Shown: positions 28,301 through 37,577 of the stretch, one piece after another | Numbering within the stretch: position 1 is the first letter of the stretch | How the letters are laid out: each line of letters opens with the position of its first letter | NCBI GenBank assembly: GCA_900550145.1 | Contig: URRF01000001.1 | Span: 19,886-83,885, forward strand | DNA from: an uncultured Mollicutes bacterium | Lineage (GTDB): Bacteria > Bacillota_I > Bacilli_A > RF39 > UBA660 | Direction of reading: 5' to 3' | DNA: 64,000 nucleotides | Position numbers and translations under genes: made by a program | Notes under the pieces: model-generated | Database searches by the model: none | What the model was told of the DNA's origin: nothing | The model's input: only the letters and a program-made list of their open reading frames with translations

Positions 28301-31300
28301 AGATAATATTTCAATAATATCTTTAAATAAAGATTCAAGATTAATAATAACTTTTTGATTTTTAGTAACAATATTTCCTTGATGATCTTTAGTTTTAATT
28401 TTATTTATAGTAATACCTTTATATTGAATATATGCTTCAATAAAATCTTTAATTATTTTATCAAATTCAGTATCTTCAATAGTAGTCGTAATAGCGTTAA
28501 CTTCGTCGTTATCATTAGATTTAATGGTTACTTTTTGTTTAGTAGCAAGAGCTTCAGCAAGACGTCTAAAAGTTTCAGTTTTACTATCTTTACGTCTTTC
28601 TAAAGCTCTAACTATTTGCTTCATTCCCATATTAACACCTCTTTGGGTAGCATGAGGTGCTACTTCTGGACTAACACCTTCTTCGATAAGTTGTTGAGTA
28701 ATAGTTTCTATAATATTTTTAACTTCTGGACTATCACTACTTTTATTTAAAGCATCTTCAAACATATTAGGAGAAGTTCTAAAAAGAAGAAAAGTTTTAC
28801 TACTTGCAATACCTACAGCTCTTTCATTAATACTTGGGTCAAAAGATTTAGCTAATTTAACAGCGTCATCTAAATCTTTATTAGTAATTTTATCTTCATC
28901 TTCAATAATTGCTTTAACAGCAATTTCGTTAGGATCAGTAGTTTGCTGATTAGTTTGAGTTTGAGAAACTCCACTTCGTGGAGTTTGTTCCCCCGTAGAG
29001 GAGTTATCAATATTAGATGGTTGATTATTACTAACTTCTGCAGCCACATTATTAATAACTTCTGCTTGTTCTTCAGTAACTTGTTTACCATTAACTACTA
29101 CTTTTTTAGCATCTTCTTCTTTTTGTTTTCTATTTTGTCTTTCCTCTTCTATTGTAGCTCTTATCGAATTACTAAAATCTTCAGTATTAAAATATCCTAT
29201 TTTAAGCATATCGAGAGATTCTTTTAATTTAGGAATTCTATTGCGAAGAATATCTTGCCATGCTTTATCTAAATCTTCTTGTTCTTTAATCCAATTTTCA
29301 ACTCGAGTCGCAGCTTCTGACATTCTTTTCATAGTAAGATAATCAACTTGTTGGGCAATAAGGCCAACTCTATCATTATAATCTTTTTGAGATTTAGGTT
29401 GAATATTTTCTAAATCAGCTTTTTTATCTTGAAGTGCAACTTGTTTATCAATTAAATCTTTAACATTATTAGGAGCTTCAGGAATATTTTTATCAGATTC
29501 GTTAATAAGATTTTCAACATTGTTTAATATAGTTTGAATATCACCAGAAAGTCTTTCGGCTTGATAATTTTTTCCAATACTTTGATTAAATATATCAATT
29601 ATAGATTGTTTATTAGATTCAGATAAAGGATTATTATCATTTAGAAATTTAAGAAGACCTCTTTTTCTATCATTATAAATTTTATTATATTGATTTTTAG
29701 CTTGTTCAGAAATATCTGGATTGTTGTTAACTTCTTCTTGAGCTTGATTAATTTCATTTAGTAATTTAGAAATATGTTTATCAATAGCTTGTCTTCTATA
29801 TTTATCAATAGAAGATATATCTACATTACTTTTATTTATTTCATCTTGTATAGTATTAATTCTATCTCCAAAAGATTCAATTTCTAATTGTTCTCTTGTA
29901 AATTCTCTTGCAGCAATTTTAGCAGTATATTCACTTTCTATTTCGCTATTATATAGTACGTTATATAGATTTTCAGCATATATATCTCTAACTTTATCCA
30001 TTTTAGCAAAAGCTTGATTAGTAAAATCTTCTTCAGATTTAGTAAGTTGAACTCCAGCTTCTCTAAAATATTCTTTAAATTCAGGACTTGTAACATATTC
30101 TTTTAATAAATCATAAGTGCCTGCTTCATAAGCGTTAATAGCTAAATTAGTAAAATAATCATCAATAACTTGTTGTTTTTTAATTTCAGCTTCTTCTGGA
30201 GTAAGTTTTCTATGAACATCAACTCCTTCATCTTGAAGTCTTTCTCCAGTAAGAGGATCTTCAACATAATCGTCTGGAGAAATATAATCGTTTAACATGG
30301 TAAGTTTATCAACAACATCTTTATTTAAAGCAGCACGGTCTTGAATTTCTTTATTCATTATTTTTTCTTCAGCAGTAAGAGTATTAAGAATATTAGCATC
30401 AGATTCTTTGCCTTTTAATTTTTTAGCTTTAATTTGTCGTTGAAGAGCAGAAAGTCCTTTACCAGCTCCTTGAAAAACCATACCCCCAACAGCACCCCAA
30501 AATGCTTGTTCCCATATTTTATCATCGGTAATATAACTTTCAATTGTACGAGGAATATAATTAGGATCTAAATACATTTTAGCAACTTCTTTACCTTTTT
30601 CAGTTTGAATACCTTGATATGCTTCTTCTAAACCTTCAGTAAGTTGTAAAGTACCAATAGTATTAAGAGGATGTTTAATAGCTTCTTTAAATTCATCTGT
30701 TCTATTTTTCCAAAAACTTGTTTTAGGAACAGTTGAGGTAGAAGTTTGTCCAGATACGTTTGTATCAGCTTTTTTACGAAGAGCTTCAATTGCTTGTTTA
30801 TTAGAACGTCTAATTCTTGAAGTAGGTAATTTTTTACCAATTTTACCAAATAACTGGCCAACACCTCTAAATTCTACAATATCTTGACCAAGCATAGCAT
30901 AATTATTAATAAAAGTTTTATCAGCAGATTCCCCAGCAATATATCTTGCTATTTGATCAATAGTTTTACCATTTAGTTCAGGATTTCTTGCAAAGAAGTC
31001 TTTCCATTGTTGGTCATTATATCCTTCAAGTTCTTGTTTAGTAAGTTCATAACTTTCTGTCCAAACACCTCTTGATTCCATATAATTTTCCATAGTACGA
31101 GAAAGAACAGCATTAGTAGTTAAATTATTAATATATTTAACAGAATTATCAAGACGAGCAACTGAAGGAGCTTTAATACCAACTCCTTTTATAGCTTTAT
31201 GTGTAAGTTTAGCTAAACCTCGCGTAGAAGCATTATATGCTCTTCTTACTTTACGAATTTTTCCTAATGTACCAATAGCTTTAGTGATACCAAGAGTAGG

Positions 31301-31861
31301 TAACATCATAGATAAAGTACTAAAAGCACTTACTCCATTATTAGCCCACCAACCAAAATCTCCAAATGCAAAAGTAGCATTTGGATCCTTTTGATAAATC
31401 TCAAATTCATCTCTAATAGTATTTTGAATACCTTCGATATATTCACTTACTGGATTAGTATAATCGTTATCTTCTGTAAAAGCTTGTTTTACAGCATCTA
31501 CTATATTACTAAGAGAAAGAAATGAACCAAGTACAGCTTCATTAGCAACACCTTGTATTATCATATTACCAAGTTGTTCAAATGCAGATTGATTTTCTGC
31601 ACGTTGACGTCTTAAACTTTCTTCAGAATCAATATTATTAACAGTAATATCTTGTTCTTCAAACTTTTCAATTTCACGAGAACTATATTGAGAAGTATAT
31701 CTAGTTTTATTAGCCATTCTATTAACGCCTTTAGCAAAATCATCACTCATTGTATTAGAAACAAGATAAGGGGACTCTTTAGCCCCCTTTTTAGTTTTAG
31801 GATTATATTTAGGATTTCTTGTTATTTCCCCATTATTTATAAAATCAATAACTTTACTCAT
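25325..31861 (-). CDS. very large virion protein (2178 aa) with a C-terminal zincin-like HExxH motif
   Basis: 6.5-kb ORF. HEQLH at aa 1878-1882 (nt 26216-26230) in the context LLIHEQLHAHIDEH. Long coiled-coil-like middle and an acidic D/E/N-rich tail. Carries two GC-rich motif copies. Confidence 0.7.
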   Translation of the reverse strand: MSKVIDFINNGEITRNPKYNPKTKKGAKESPYLVSNTMSDDFAKGVNRMANKTRYTSQYSSREIEKFEEQDITVNNIDSEESLRRQRAENQSAFEQLGNMIIQGVANEAVLGSFLSLSNIVDAVKQAFTEDNDYTNPVSEYIEGIQNTIRDEFEIYQKDPNATFAFGDFGWWANNGVSAFSTLSMMLPTLGITKAIGTLGKIRKVRRAYNASTRGLAKLTHKAIKGVGIKAPSVARLDNSVKYINNLTTNAVLSRTMENYMESRGVWTESYELTKQELEGYNDQQWKDFFARNPELNGKTIDQIARYIAGESADKTFINNYAMLGQDIVEFRGVGQLFGKIGKKLPTSRIRRSNKQAIEALRKKADTNVSGQTSTSTVPKTSFWKNRTDEFKEAIKHPLNTIGTLQLTEGLEEAYQGIQTEKGKEVAKMYLDPNYIPRTIESYITDDKIWEQAFWGAVGGMVFQGAGKGLSALQRQIKAKKLKGKESDANILNTLTAEEKIMNKEIQDRAALNKDVVDKLTMLNDYISPDDYVEDPLTGERLQDEGVDVHRKLTPEEAEIKKQQVIDDYFTNLAINAYEAGTYDLLKEYVTSPEFKEYFREAGVQLTKSEEDFTNQAFAKMDKVRDIYAENLYNVLYNSEIESEYTAKIAAREFTREQLEIESFGDRINTIQDEINKSNVDISSIDKYRRQAIDKHISKLLNEINQAQEEVNNNPDISEQAKNQYNKIYNDRKRGLLKFLNDNNPLSESNKQSIIDIFNQSIGKNYQAERLSGDIQTILNNVENLINESDKNIPEAPNNVKDLIDKQVALQDKKADLENIQPKSQKDYNDRVGLIAQQVDYLTMKRMSEAATRVENWIKEQEDLDKAWQDILRNRIPKLKESLDMLKIGYFNTEDFSNSIRATIEEERQNRKQKEEDAKKVVVNGKQVTEEQAEVINNVAAEVSNNQPSNIDNSSTGEQTPRSGVSQTQTNQQTTDPNEIAVKAIIEDEDKITNKDLDDAVKLAKSFDPSINERAVGIASSKTFLLFRTSPNMFEDALNKSSDSPEVKNIIETITQQLIEEGVSPEVAPHATQRGVNMGMKQIVRALERRKDSKTETFRRLAEALATKQKVTIKSNDNDEVNAITTTIEDTEFDKIIKDFIEAYIQYKGITINKIKTKDHQGNIVTKNQKVIINLESLFKDIIEILSDDANKQMLDLDVQTAYHILYNIKDFINNSYNTNYVFTHKRSLNTLLNNPTDFYNAVYEASKRVEFIDNYMHIVPSRVNRSPNYEQVVNALQVGDDLEIVPIESRNHEIVSFAIKRKGIEIGFISNVIPDSDNNGYRIKLGPKGGINYHVRKINNQVEANTDELFEAIFNNENELWDLFHKKNLYDLGYGYDLTKEEYERIYNSEVIQKAIKDEVIKLDPALISDIDKAKRIIYNLKNIIFYNPLAQTIEEYKDSYEQWKENIFNNYKNTHKIGTLTANGKKVIVKYAGQTGTNQGVKETSDVIIENTEKGVNELPFKSDQHAIIGIDSDKNGIVAINELTGEKQQITAPFLAGNMGFLIGGRGKTPIIAMFTSANKIAGKIKENLHKELVDILTGFQNKKYTFEEVRDKLGLLFNSANTKFPSIFYGYDVISSNNQIILSIGHNTSKFNVIIHKFKAGNSNELGTGITYNPAGDNSKTTSFINVNDKLINIIATEITNNTIYNRTFFTLNNIGNGNTTDNPYFFKKDNKFVVKLGNSEIVYDNFGDFVLQNNAFNTNQGVNKYGGFFNDVDKATSMYINVTTLAVPDQVQSPVEEESIIGIANTIQTATLEKANSTERLLEKAAIPKSTIDLLTGKNVYGIPIVSGVYYYDKKDKTGNAKYNRDKKAVIFTKAGSNLANSSPTTLVRLLIHEQLHAHIDEHNLFDKENIIDDLFETYNKFIEAVEHDIDYGDRNSERYNLAVNIKKWIEDNGFTFKDYFERIKAKQKDSYVELSEDEQRRVFAEEWLVESLSQSSIIKYLNQVEYTGEGVAVVTEDNEKKSIFQKIIDILLKIFNIKDNSIKNNTIFARQYEILNINDNNISNENDVKQDIKDNQVLSDKDVGEDITKESEIIEEDINEEDNEFGEDSYDSDIVEDEDYNTINDNSDELLSITSDIENINAIKNNDGNIIAETLDITRINNMADYLNSYSEQDKPLIAQMLRNGELKYACR
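26518..26536 (+). repeat. GC-rich motif copy (CCTCTACGGGGGATTGAAC)
   Basis: Exact 10-mer, inside the 2178-aa gene. Sense reading VQSPVEE. Confidence 0.9.
28967..29003 (-). repeat. GC-rich motif copy with an extended flank homologous to the left arm of the intergenic element
   Basis: Core TCCCCCGTAGAG at 28989-29000. CTTCGTGGA (28974-28982) is the reverse complement of 9987-9995. Local hairpin AACTCCAC / GTGGAGTT (28967-28985). Sense reading NSSTGEQTPRSG. Confidence 0.85.
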
Positions 31862-31864
31862 ATC

Positions 31865-34606
31865 TTATATGTTTAATTTACTTCCTAAATCTTTACTTAA
31901 AACACTATAATAACGTTCTAATAAATCAGGTCTTCCAATAGAATTTGTTATAGTTTTTGCAATTTCAAAAATACGCCCATTTAATCTTTCAACAGCATTT
32001 TCATTATATAGTTGTAAATTTCCTTGTGTGAAATTATTTTGAATATCTATATATTCATTCATTGCGTCATAAATATCTACAGCTACTTTTCTATCAATAT
32101 TAACTTCTATATTTCCATTTTTATAAGTAAATAAATTACCACCATTAGCTATTAATTGTTGAGCACCTAATGTAGGAGTATCACCACTTTCACTAAGATT
32201 AGCCGTCATTCCATAAGCGTCCATTTTAGCAACATGATCTGAAGCCTTAGTATATGGATTATTTTCAAATGCTTCTTGTGCTTCATCATTAACTAATCCG
32301 GGAATAAAATAAGTTTTTGGAATACCAGTTGGATTACCGTTACTATCTAATTTAGGATAGATTGTTATATTAGTACCACTACCAAAAAAAGGATTATGTG
32401 CAGAATTAAATACAGCTTTACCATTTCCAACAGCTGATATTATTTTATTACCTTCATCTTCTCTATTTTTAGTATTTGTAACTTCTTTAAAAGCACCATA
32501 ACCATCATCGTCTGTAGTAAACATTTTAGTATTTCCAAATCCATGAGACATAATTTGTCTTCTTAGTTCTTCTTTGTCTGTTTTAAGTCTAAGATTATAT
32601 TCATCATTAGTAATTTGATTAGTATTAAGTTGATGTAGAAGTAATTGTTGATAAGTTGTTTCACCGGGAAGAGATTGATGACCGATAGTAATTTCTTGAT
32701 AATTATCTATTACAGTATTTAATTTTTCTTGTTGTTTAATAAAATCGTTAGAATAATTAAGAAATTTTTTATCAGCAGCTTTTCTATATACATTATATAA
32801 ATATTTATGAGAATAATTACTTTCAAAATCGTAAATCTGACTTGTACTATTATATGGAGATGTTACATAGCTATTATCTTGTTGTGATTTAGGAATTATA
32901 GGATTATATTCAGAGTCTAATATTTGTACAGTAATATTATCTATATTTCCTTTAACAGCAGCATTAACAGTATTAGATAAAAGTAACATATTTTGATAAT
33001 ATTCTTTTGGCAATCTAATATAGTTAACACTTTTTCCATCAATTTCTTTTCTTCCTGTATTAAAACCTAAACCAAGAAAACCATTTTCATTATTAGAATT
33101 TAAAATTTGAATAGCTTGATTATATTCATCTATATTATTAAAACTAACATCATAATATTGACCTTTATCTCCAAATTCAGCTTGAATATCTTTTAATAGC
33201 TTTTGATCATACGGATTATCTTTGTTAAAACTACCTCCATTTTTCATTCTACTAACATAATCTACTAAATATTTATCATCTTCTTTTAAATCTTTAGTTA
33301 GATTATCATAATTCATTGTAATTTCATCATATTTTCTAATAAGTTCGCTAGTTTTAACTCTAAAATCTCTAAGTTGTTGTTCTGTAGCACCATTCTTTTT
33401 AATAGTTAAATATGCTCTTGTTAAAGTATTTTTCCAACCATCTGTACTAGCATTAGTCATATCAACATTAACATCTCTACCAACTGCATTTTTAAATAGA
33501 TTGTATAATTCATTCTGAATATTTTGTTTTTCACCCATTAATTCAGCAGTCATGTTATAATTAATAGTTATTGGTTTAGTATCACTTGTTCTATTTAATG
33601 ATTTTATATACTCATCGTCAAGTTCAGCATTCTTTTTAGCGGTTTCTGCTGCTTGTTCAGCAGCCTTATAAGTTTTTAATCCATTTCCATAAGTGGTTTT
33701 ACGAGTAGTATTATAATATTCAGCAGCATATAAAGCAGGAGATATTCTTTTATTTAAATATTGTTGAGGAGAAAGAGTTATACCATTATCGTCAGTAACA
33801 TCACTCACAATATTATATTTTCCTTTAGTAGCATTTATAGCTTTTTTATGTTTCCAAAGAGCAATATCGTAATCTTGTTGAAGACTTTCTTTAGCACCTG
33901 GAGTAGATTCAATAGCTGCTCTAATACCAGCTTCTATTTTACTTCTATCAAGTTTTTCAAAACTATGAGTAGTATCATCATAATATTCTCCATCAAATAC
34001 TTCGTTTGGATTAGTAGTAGGATTACCGTTTTTATCAAGCCAACGAACTTGATTATAACTACCAGATTCTCTTGCAGCCCATTGTAAACCTTTAGAAATT
34101 AAAGAAGATAAATCTACAACAGCGGTTGGAGAAATATTAGGATTCCATTTTGTTCCACTAATTACTTTTCCAGTTTTTTCATCTACAATATCTTTATAAT
34201 AATAAGGATTATTTTCTAAATAATATTCTTTATAATCTTCTGGAAGAGTCTTATCATTTATGATCTTATTTTTAAATTCTGTATAATCTTTTTGAGCTTG
34301 AAGTCTGCCAATCATTCCAGCGTCAGAAGCTAAATTACCAGCTTTAACTATTATATCATCTAATGCGGCAGCAGAATTTCCAAATATAGTATTATTATCT
34401 ATAGTTTGTTGTATTTCAGATATTTTTTGCTGTCTCCATTCATTTTCAGCTTCATTAAGTTCAAGTTTAGCCATTTCAGCTTGAAGATTAGAAGCAGTTT
34501 TAATAGCTTCTTTATGTCCTTGCTCTAAAGTATTAAAAGTATTTCCTAAAGTATTTAAATCTACTGTTGGAACATATTCTGTATTAATATAATTAAAACC
34601 TTTCAT
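31865..34606 (-). CDS. large virion-associated protein (913 aa)
   Basis: Long ORF starting 13 nt after the upstream stop and ending 3 nt before the next start. Part of the block of large genes between the tail genes and the RNAP gene. No motif recognised. Confidence 0.7.
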   Translation of the reverse strand: MKGFNYINTEYVPTVDLNTLGNTFNTLEQGHKEAIKTASNLQAEMAKLELNEAENEWRQQKISEIQQTIDNNTIFGNSAAALDDIIVKAGNLASDAGMIGRLQAQKDYTEFKNKIINDKTLPEDYKEYYLENNPYYYKDIVDEKTGKVISGTKWNPNISPTAVVDLSSLISKGLQWAARESGSYNQVRWLDKNGNPTTNPNEVFDGEYYDDTTHSFEKLDRSKIEAGIRAAIESTPGAKESLQQDYDIALWKHKKAINATKGKYNIVSDVTDDNGITLSPQQYLNKRISPALYAAEYYNTTRKTTYGNGLKTYKAAEQAAETAKKNAELDDEYIKSLNRTSDTKPITINYNMTAELMGEKQNIQNELYNLFKNAVGRDVNVDMTNASTDGWKNTLTRAYLTIKKNGATEQQLRDFRVKTSELIRKYDEITMNYDNLTKDLKEDDKYLVDYVSRMKNGGSFNKDNPYDQKLLKDIQAEFGDKGQYYDVSFNNIDEYNQAIQILNSNNENGFLGLGFNTGRKEIDGKSVNYIRLPKEYYQNMLLLSNTVNAAVKGNIDNITVQILDSEYNPIIPKSQQDNSYVTSPYNSTSQIYDFESNYSHKYLYNVYRKAADKKFLNYSNDFIKQQEKLNTVIDNYQEITIGHQSLPGETTYQQLLLHQLNTNQITNDEYNLRLKTDKEELRRQIMSHGFGNTKMFTTDDDGYGAFKEVTNTKNREDEGNKIISAVGNGKAVFNSAHNPFFGSGTNITIYPKLDSNGNPTGIPKTYFIPGLVNDEAQEAFENNPYTKASDHVAKMDAYGMTANLSESGDTPTLGAQQLIANGGNLFTYKNGNIEVNIDRKVAVDIYDAMNEYIDIQNNFTQGNLQLYNENAVERLNGRIFEIAKTITNSIGRPDLLERYYSVLSKDLGSKLNI

Positions 34607-34619
34607 ATTAATTATGTTT

Positions 34620-36824
34620 TTAACTGTTTTTATTTCCGTATGCTCTCAACCATGATTCTATCATGTCATTTGTTATACCTCTTACACCAAGAGCTTTTAA
34701 TATAATAGGATTAACGTTAGGATTTGCAGCAGCAATAGCTCTAATATTATTTTCAGTAGCTAATCTCTTTTCAAAATTACCAATACTATTTTGTACTCCA
34801 GCATTAATACTATTAATCAATCCTATAGTATTTTCAGATTGTTTTTCAATAATAGCATTTTCAAAAGCATTTTTCTTTTCTTTCCAAGTATTATAATTAG
34901 TAATGTTTTGATTAACAACAGCTTGTTGATTAAGTTTATCTTTATTAATTAATTCAGTTTCAGTATTTTCTTTATTAGTATAAATATTATTAAGTAATTT
35001 AATAGTATTTAATCTACTAAGTTGTTTTCTACCTAAAGCGACTCTTGAACTTGCAGTATTAGCATCAATTTGTCGTTCATACGCTTGCTGTTGATCTCTA
35101 ATAGCATCAAGTTGAGGATTAATATTAATATTTGTTTTAAGTTTAGAAGGAATTAAATTAACAGGAGCTTTAGTATATTTCATTTTATCTAATGCTTTCT
35201 TATTAGCATTAAATCCTATAATACTTCCAATAATATTTGAAGCAATACCAATACCATCGCTAATTAAAGAATTATAAGTTCGTTTATTCACAATATCTTG
35301 TTTATTATCATATTTACGCTTAGTATTTAAGTCAACACCTGTAGTAGGATTAAATCTACCATTAGTATCAAGAATATCATATTTGATTCTCTCTACGGGG
35401 GATTGATAATTAACAATTGGTTGATTAATTTTATTAGTCAATTCATCTTCAAGACCTAAAGTATAAAATGTAGGATCAAGTGTAATAGGAATTTCAGTCT
35501 TTTTAGTACCACCTGTTCTGAACTCTATTCGTTTCCCCGTAGAGGGAATCATTCTTAGACTTGTCTTACCATTGCTTGTAACTGTATAAACACCACCATT
35601 TTTAGCACGTTTACGAAGTTCAGGATATTTAGAATAAACTTTAGTTTTAATATCATCACGTCCATGAAGTCCTGCAAGTCTTAACGCGTCAACAGCATCA
35701 GCTTTTGTAGGAATTGGATAACTTCTATTTTTACCAGCAAAATCTTTTTTATCTACTTTAGGATAAGGTTTAGATTTAGAACCATAATCTTTAGAACGAC
35801 TTAAACCACCCATAAGTTTTTTATTTCTTTTTTTATAAAAATCATTAACTAAACTATCTCTATTAGCTAAACCAGCTTCTTTATATATTTTATTAATTTC
35901 TTCTCTAACTTCATCATCAGTACCTCTAAGAATAGCTTTTTGCATAGGAACATATTTTTTATCTTCAGGATTGAAATATTCTCTTGCAGTTCTACCACTT
36001 CCTCTATTATAAATTAAATTAGTAAGTAAAGCTTCTTTAGTTTCAGTAACATCACCTTCATCATTATAATATTTACGAATAAAATCTATTCTTCGTTTAG
36101 CACTTTGATTTGCACTTTTAATTCTTTTAAATCTTAAATCTCTTTCATCTTCTTCAGTAATATATTCTCTTCCTTTAGAATCTTTTTTAATTTTATCACT
36201 AATATTACCTCCTGTATATCTATCTACTCCCATTCCAAAATTATCTTTATCAAGACCTTTACCTTTAGGAGCATACCATCTTCGAGTATCTTTATCAAAA
36301 CCTATACTATCAGGATTTTCAGAATGATTAATTAATTTACCAATTTCAGTAGTATCATAATAAGGTGTATAATCTGGACTAATAATAGGATTTTCTAAAG
36401 TAGAAATATTATTTGCTAAACTTTGCATTTCTCTAATTTTTTCAAAACTATTTTTCTTAGTACCATATCTACTTTTATTTTTTCTATTTCTATTATTCTT
36501 AGTACCATCATCATTAATATTATTAACATCTTTATATCTTTCTTGAGCATTAAAAACTTTATTAGGATTATTTCCTTTCATAACTTTTTCAGCAGGAGAT
36601 TCACCATTAAGAAAAGGAACAGAACTAAACACTTTAACTTCAGTAGGAGATATGTGCATAACTTCTCCATCTTCAACTTCTAAACCAGTACGAGGATTCT
36701 TGCCAATATCAATACCACCTTGTTCATGTTTTCTACCTTTCATATAGTAATAATTCTTTTTATTAGGAATAGGTATAGCAACACCACCACGAACTATATT
36801 AGGTCTAAGTCTTTTATTACTCAT
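34620..36824 (-). CDS. large virion-associated protein (734 aa), possible lysozyme-like segment
   Basis: Long ORF. The segment HSENPDSIGFDKDTRRWYAPKGKGLDKDNFGMGVD...LIYNRGSG loosely resembles the E...D...Y..G..T(I/F)G.G pattern of phage lysozymes, which is weak. Carries an inverted pair of GC-rich motif copies 157 bp apart. Confidence 0.6.
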   Translation of the reverse strand: MSNKRLRPNIVRGGVAIPIPNKKNYYYMKGRKHEQGGIDIGKNPRTGLEVEDGEVMHISPTEVKVFSSVPFLNGESPAEKVMKGNNPNKVFNAQERYKDVNNINDDGTKNNRNRKNKSRYGTKKNSFEKIREMQSLANNISTLENPIISPDYTPYYDTTEIGKLINHSENPDSIGFDKDTRRWYAPKGKGLDKDNFGMGVDRYTGGNISDKIKKDSKGREYITEEDERDLRFKRIKSANQSAKRRIDFIRKYYNDEGDVTETKEALLTNLIYNRGSGRTAREYFNPEDKKYVPMQKAILRGTDDEVREEINKIYKEAGLANRDSLVNDFYKKRNKKLMGGLSRSKDYGSKSKPYPKVDKKDFAGKNRSYPIPTKADAVDALRLAGLHGRDDIKTKVYSKYPELRKRAKNGGVYTVTSNGKTSLRMIPSTGKRIEFRTGGTKKTEIPITLDPTFYTLGLEDELTNKINQPIVNYQSPVERIKYDILDTNGRFNPTTGVDLNTKRKYDNKQDIVNKRTYNSLISDGIGIASNIIGSIIGFNANKKALDKMKYTKAPVNLIPSKLKTNININPQLDAIRDQQQAYERQIDANTASSRVALGRKQLSRLNTIKLLNNIYTNKENTETELINKDKLNQQAVVNQNITNYNTWKEKKNAFENAIIEKQSENTIGLINSINAGVQNSIGNFEKRLATENNIRAIAAANPNVNPIILKALGVRGITNDMIESWLRAYGNKNS
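35391..35405 (+). repeat. GC-rich motif copy (CTCTACGGGGGATTG)
   Basis: Exact 10-mer, inside the 734-aa gene. Sense reading YQSPVER. Confidence 0.9.
35533..35547 (-). repeat. GC-rich motif copy (TTCCCCGTAGAGGGA)
   Basis: Exact 10-mer, inside the 734-aa gene. Sense reading IPSTGK. Inverted partner of the 35391 copy. Confidence 0.9.
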
Positions 36825-36926
36825 AATCTGTTATATTGTATATTTTGACGTTATATAAAGCCTTATAACGTTATCTTATGTTGAACTTGATTAATTATAT
36901 AAGAAAGCATATTAAAATCAATGTAG

Positions 36927-36940
36927 AGCTAATAACAGCT
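36927..36940. promoter_or_regulatory. AGCT-N6-AGCT variant, copy M5 (AGCTAATAACAGCT)
   Basis: Intergenic, about 100 nt upstream of the ATG at 36824. The central run is less homopolymeric than in the other copies. Confidence 0.3.
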
Positions 36941-36941
36941 A

Positions 36942-37577
36942 TTATTTACGCTTTTTCTTGCCTTTGCAGCCTCCCAATTTCATTTGAGTAAGCCTATCGG
37001 AATATTGATTATTATTAGGAACTTGTTGATTAATATTTTGAGTAACAGGTTGAGTAACAGAATAGCTATTAGGAGTAAGAGAAGTTTTTTGTTCATAATT
37101 AAAACCATCAGCTTTTTTAACCATTTTTGGAGTACTTGGAGAATTAATTAAATTAGTTGCTACAGAACCAATACCAGAAGCAATTCCTCCAACAGTATCA
37201 TTGAGATTATTACCACTAAACTGATTTGCGATAGTAGAACCGAAATTAGCTTTCTTTCTACCACCGCACGCATATTTCTTTTGATTATTAATTCTATCTG
37301 TATAATTAGTTTCTTTAATTTTCATTTTACCACCATTTTTTAAAATAACTTTCTTTTTATATTCGTCAACATAATCTTGATTAGCATAACTTTGAGTCAT
37401 AGCTTGTGCAGCAGCTAAACTATCTTGTCTATATTGTTCTTCTTGTTGCATTTTAAACGCTTTTTCTTCTGCTTTTTTTCTTTTAGCAGCACCAATAGCA
37501 GAACCTATAATACCACCAACAGCTCCTATAATACTACCTAAAAATGCTTTATTACGTTTAACAACTTTATTTTTCAT
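36942..37577 (-). CDS. small glycine-zipper/basic virion protein (211 aa)
   Basis: N-terminal GSIIGAVGGIIGSAIGAA glycine-zipper helix, a Q-rich middle and a basic C-terminus (GCKGKKKRK). Overlaps the upstream gene by 4 nt. Confidence 0.6.
   Translation of the reverse strand: MKNKVVKRNKAFLGSIIGAVGGIIGSAIGAAKRKKAEEKAFKMQQEEQYRQDSLAAAQAMTQSYANQDYVDEYKKKVILKNGGKMKIKETNYTDRINNQKKYACGGRKKANFGSTIANQFSGNNLNDTVGGIASGIGSVATNLINSPSTPKMVKKADGFNYEQKTSLTPNSYSVTQPVTQNINQQVPNNNQYSDRLTQMKLGGCKGKKKRK

Noticed and set aside
35391-35547. Invertible in-frame shufflon: site-specific inversion between the inverted motif pair producing an alternative protein segment.
   Set aside because: Hand-inverting 35403-35532 gives ATT GAT AAT TAA directly after the upstream core. 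An inversion would therefore truncate the 734-aa protein rather than swap a segment. No recombinase gene is seen in the window.
36847-36872. Hairpin ACGTTATA / TATAACGT about 25 nt upstream of the 734-aa gene start.
   Set aside because: A short AT-rich 8-bp stem of a kind expected by chance in about 70% A+T intergenic DNA. There is no supporting repeat or U-tract, so I did not call it as a feature.
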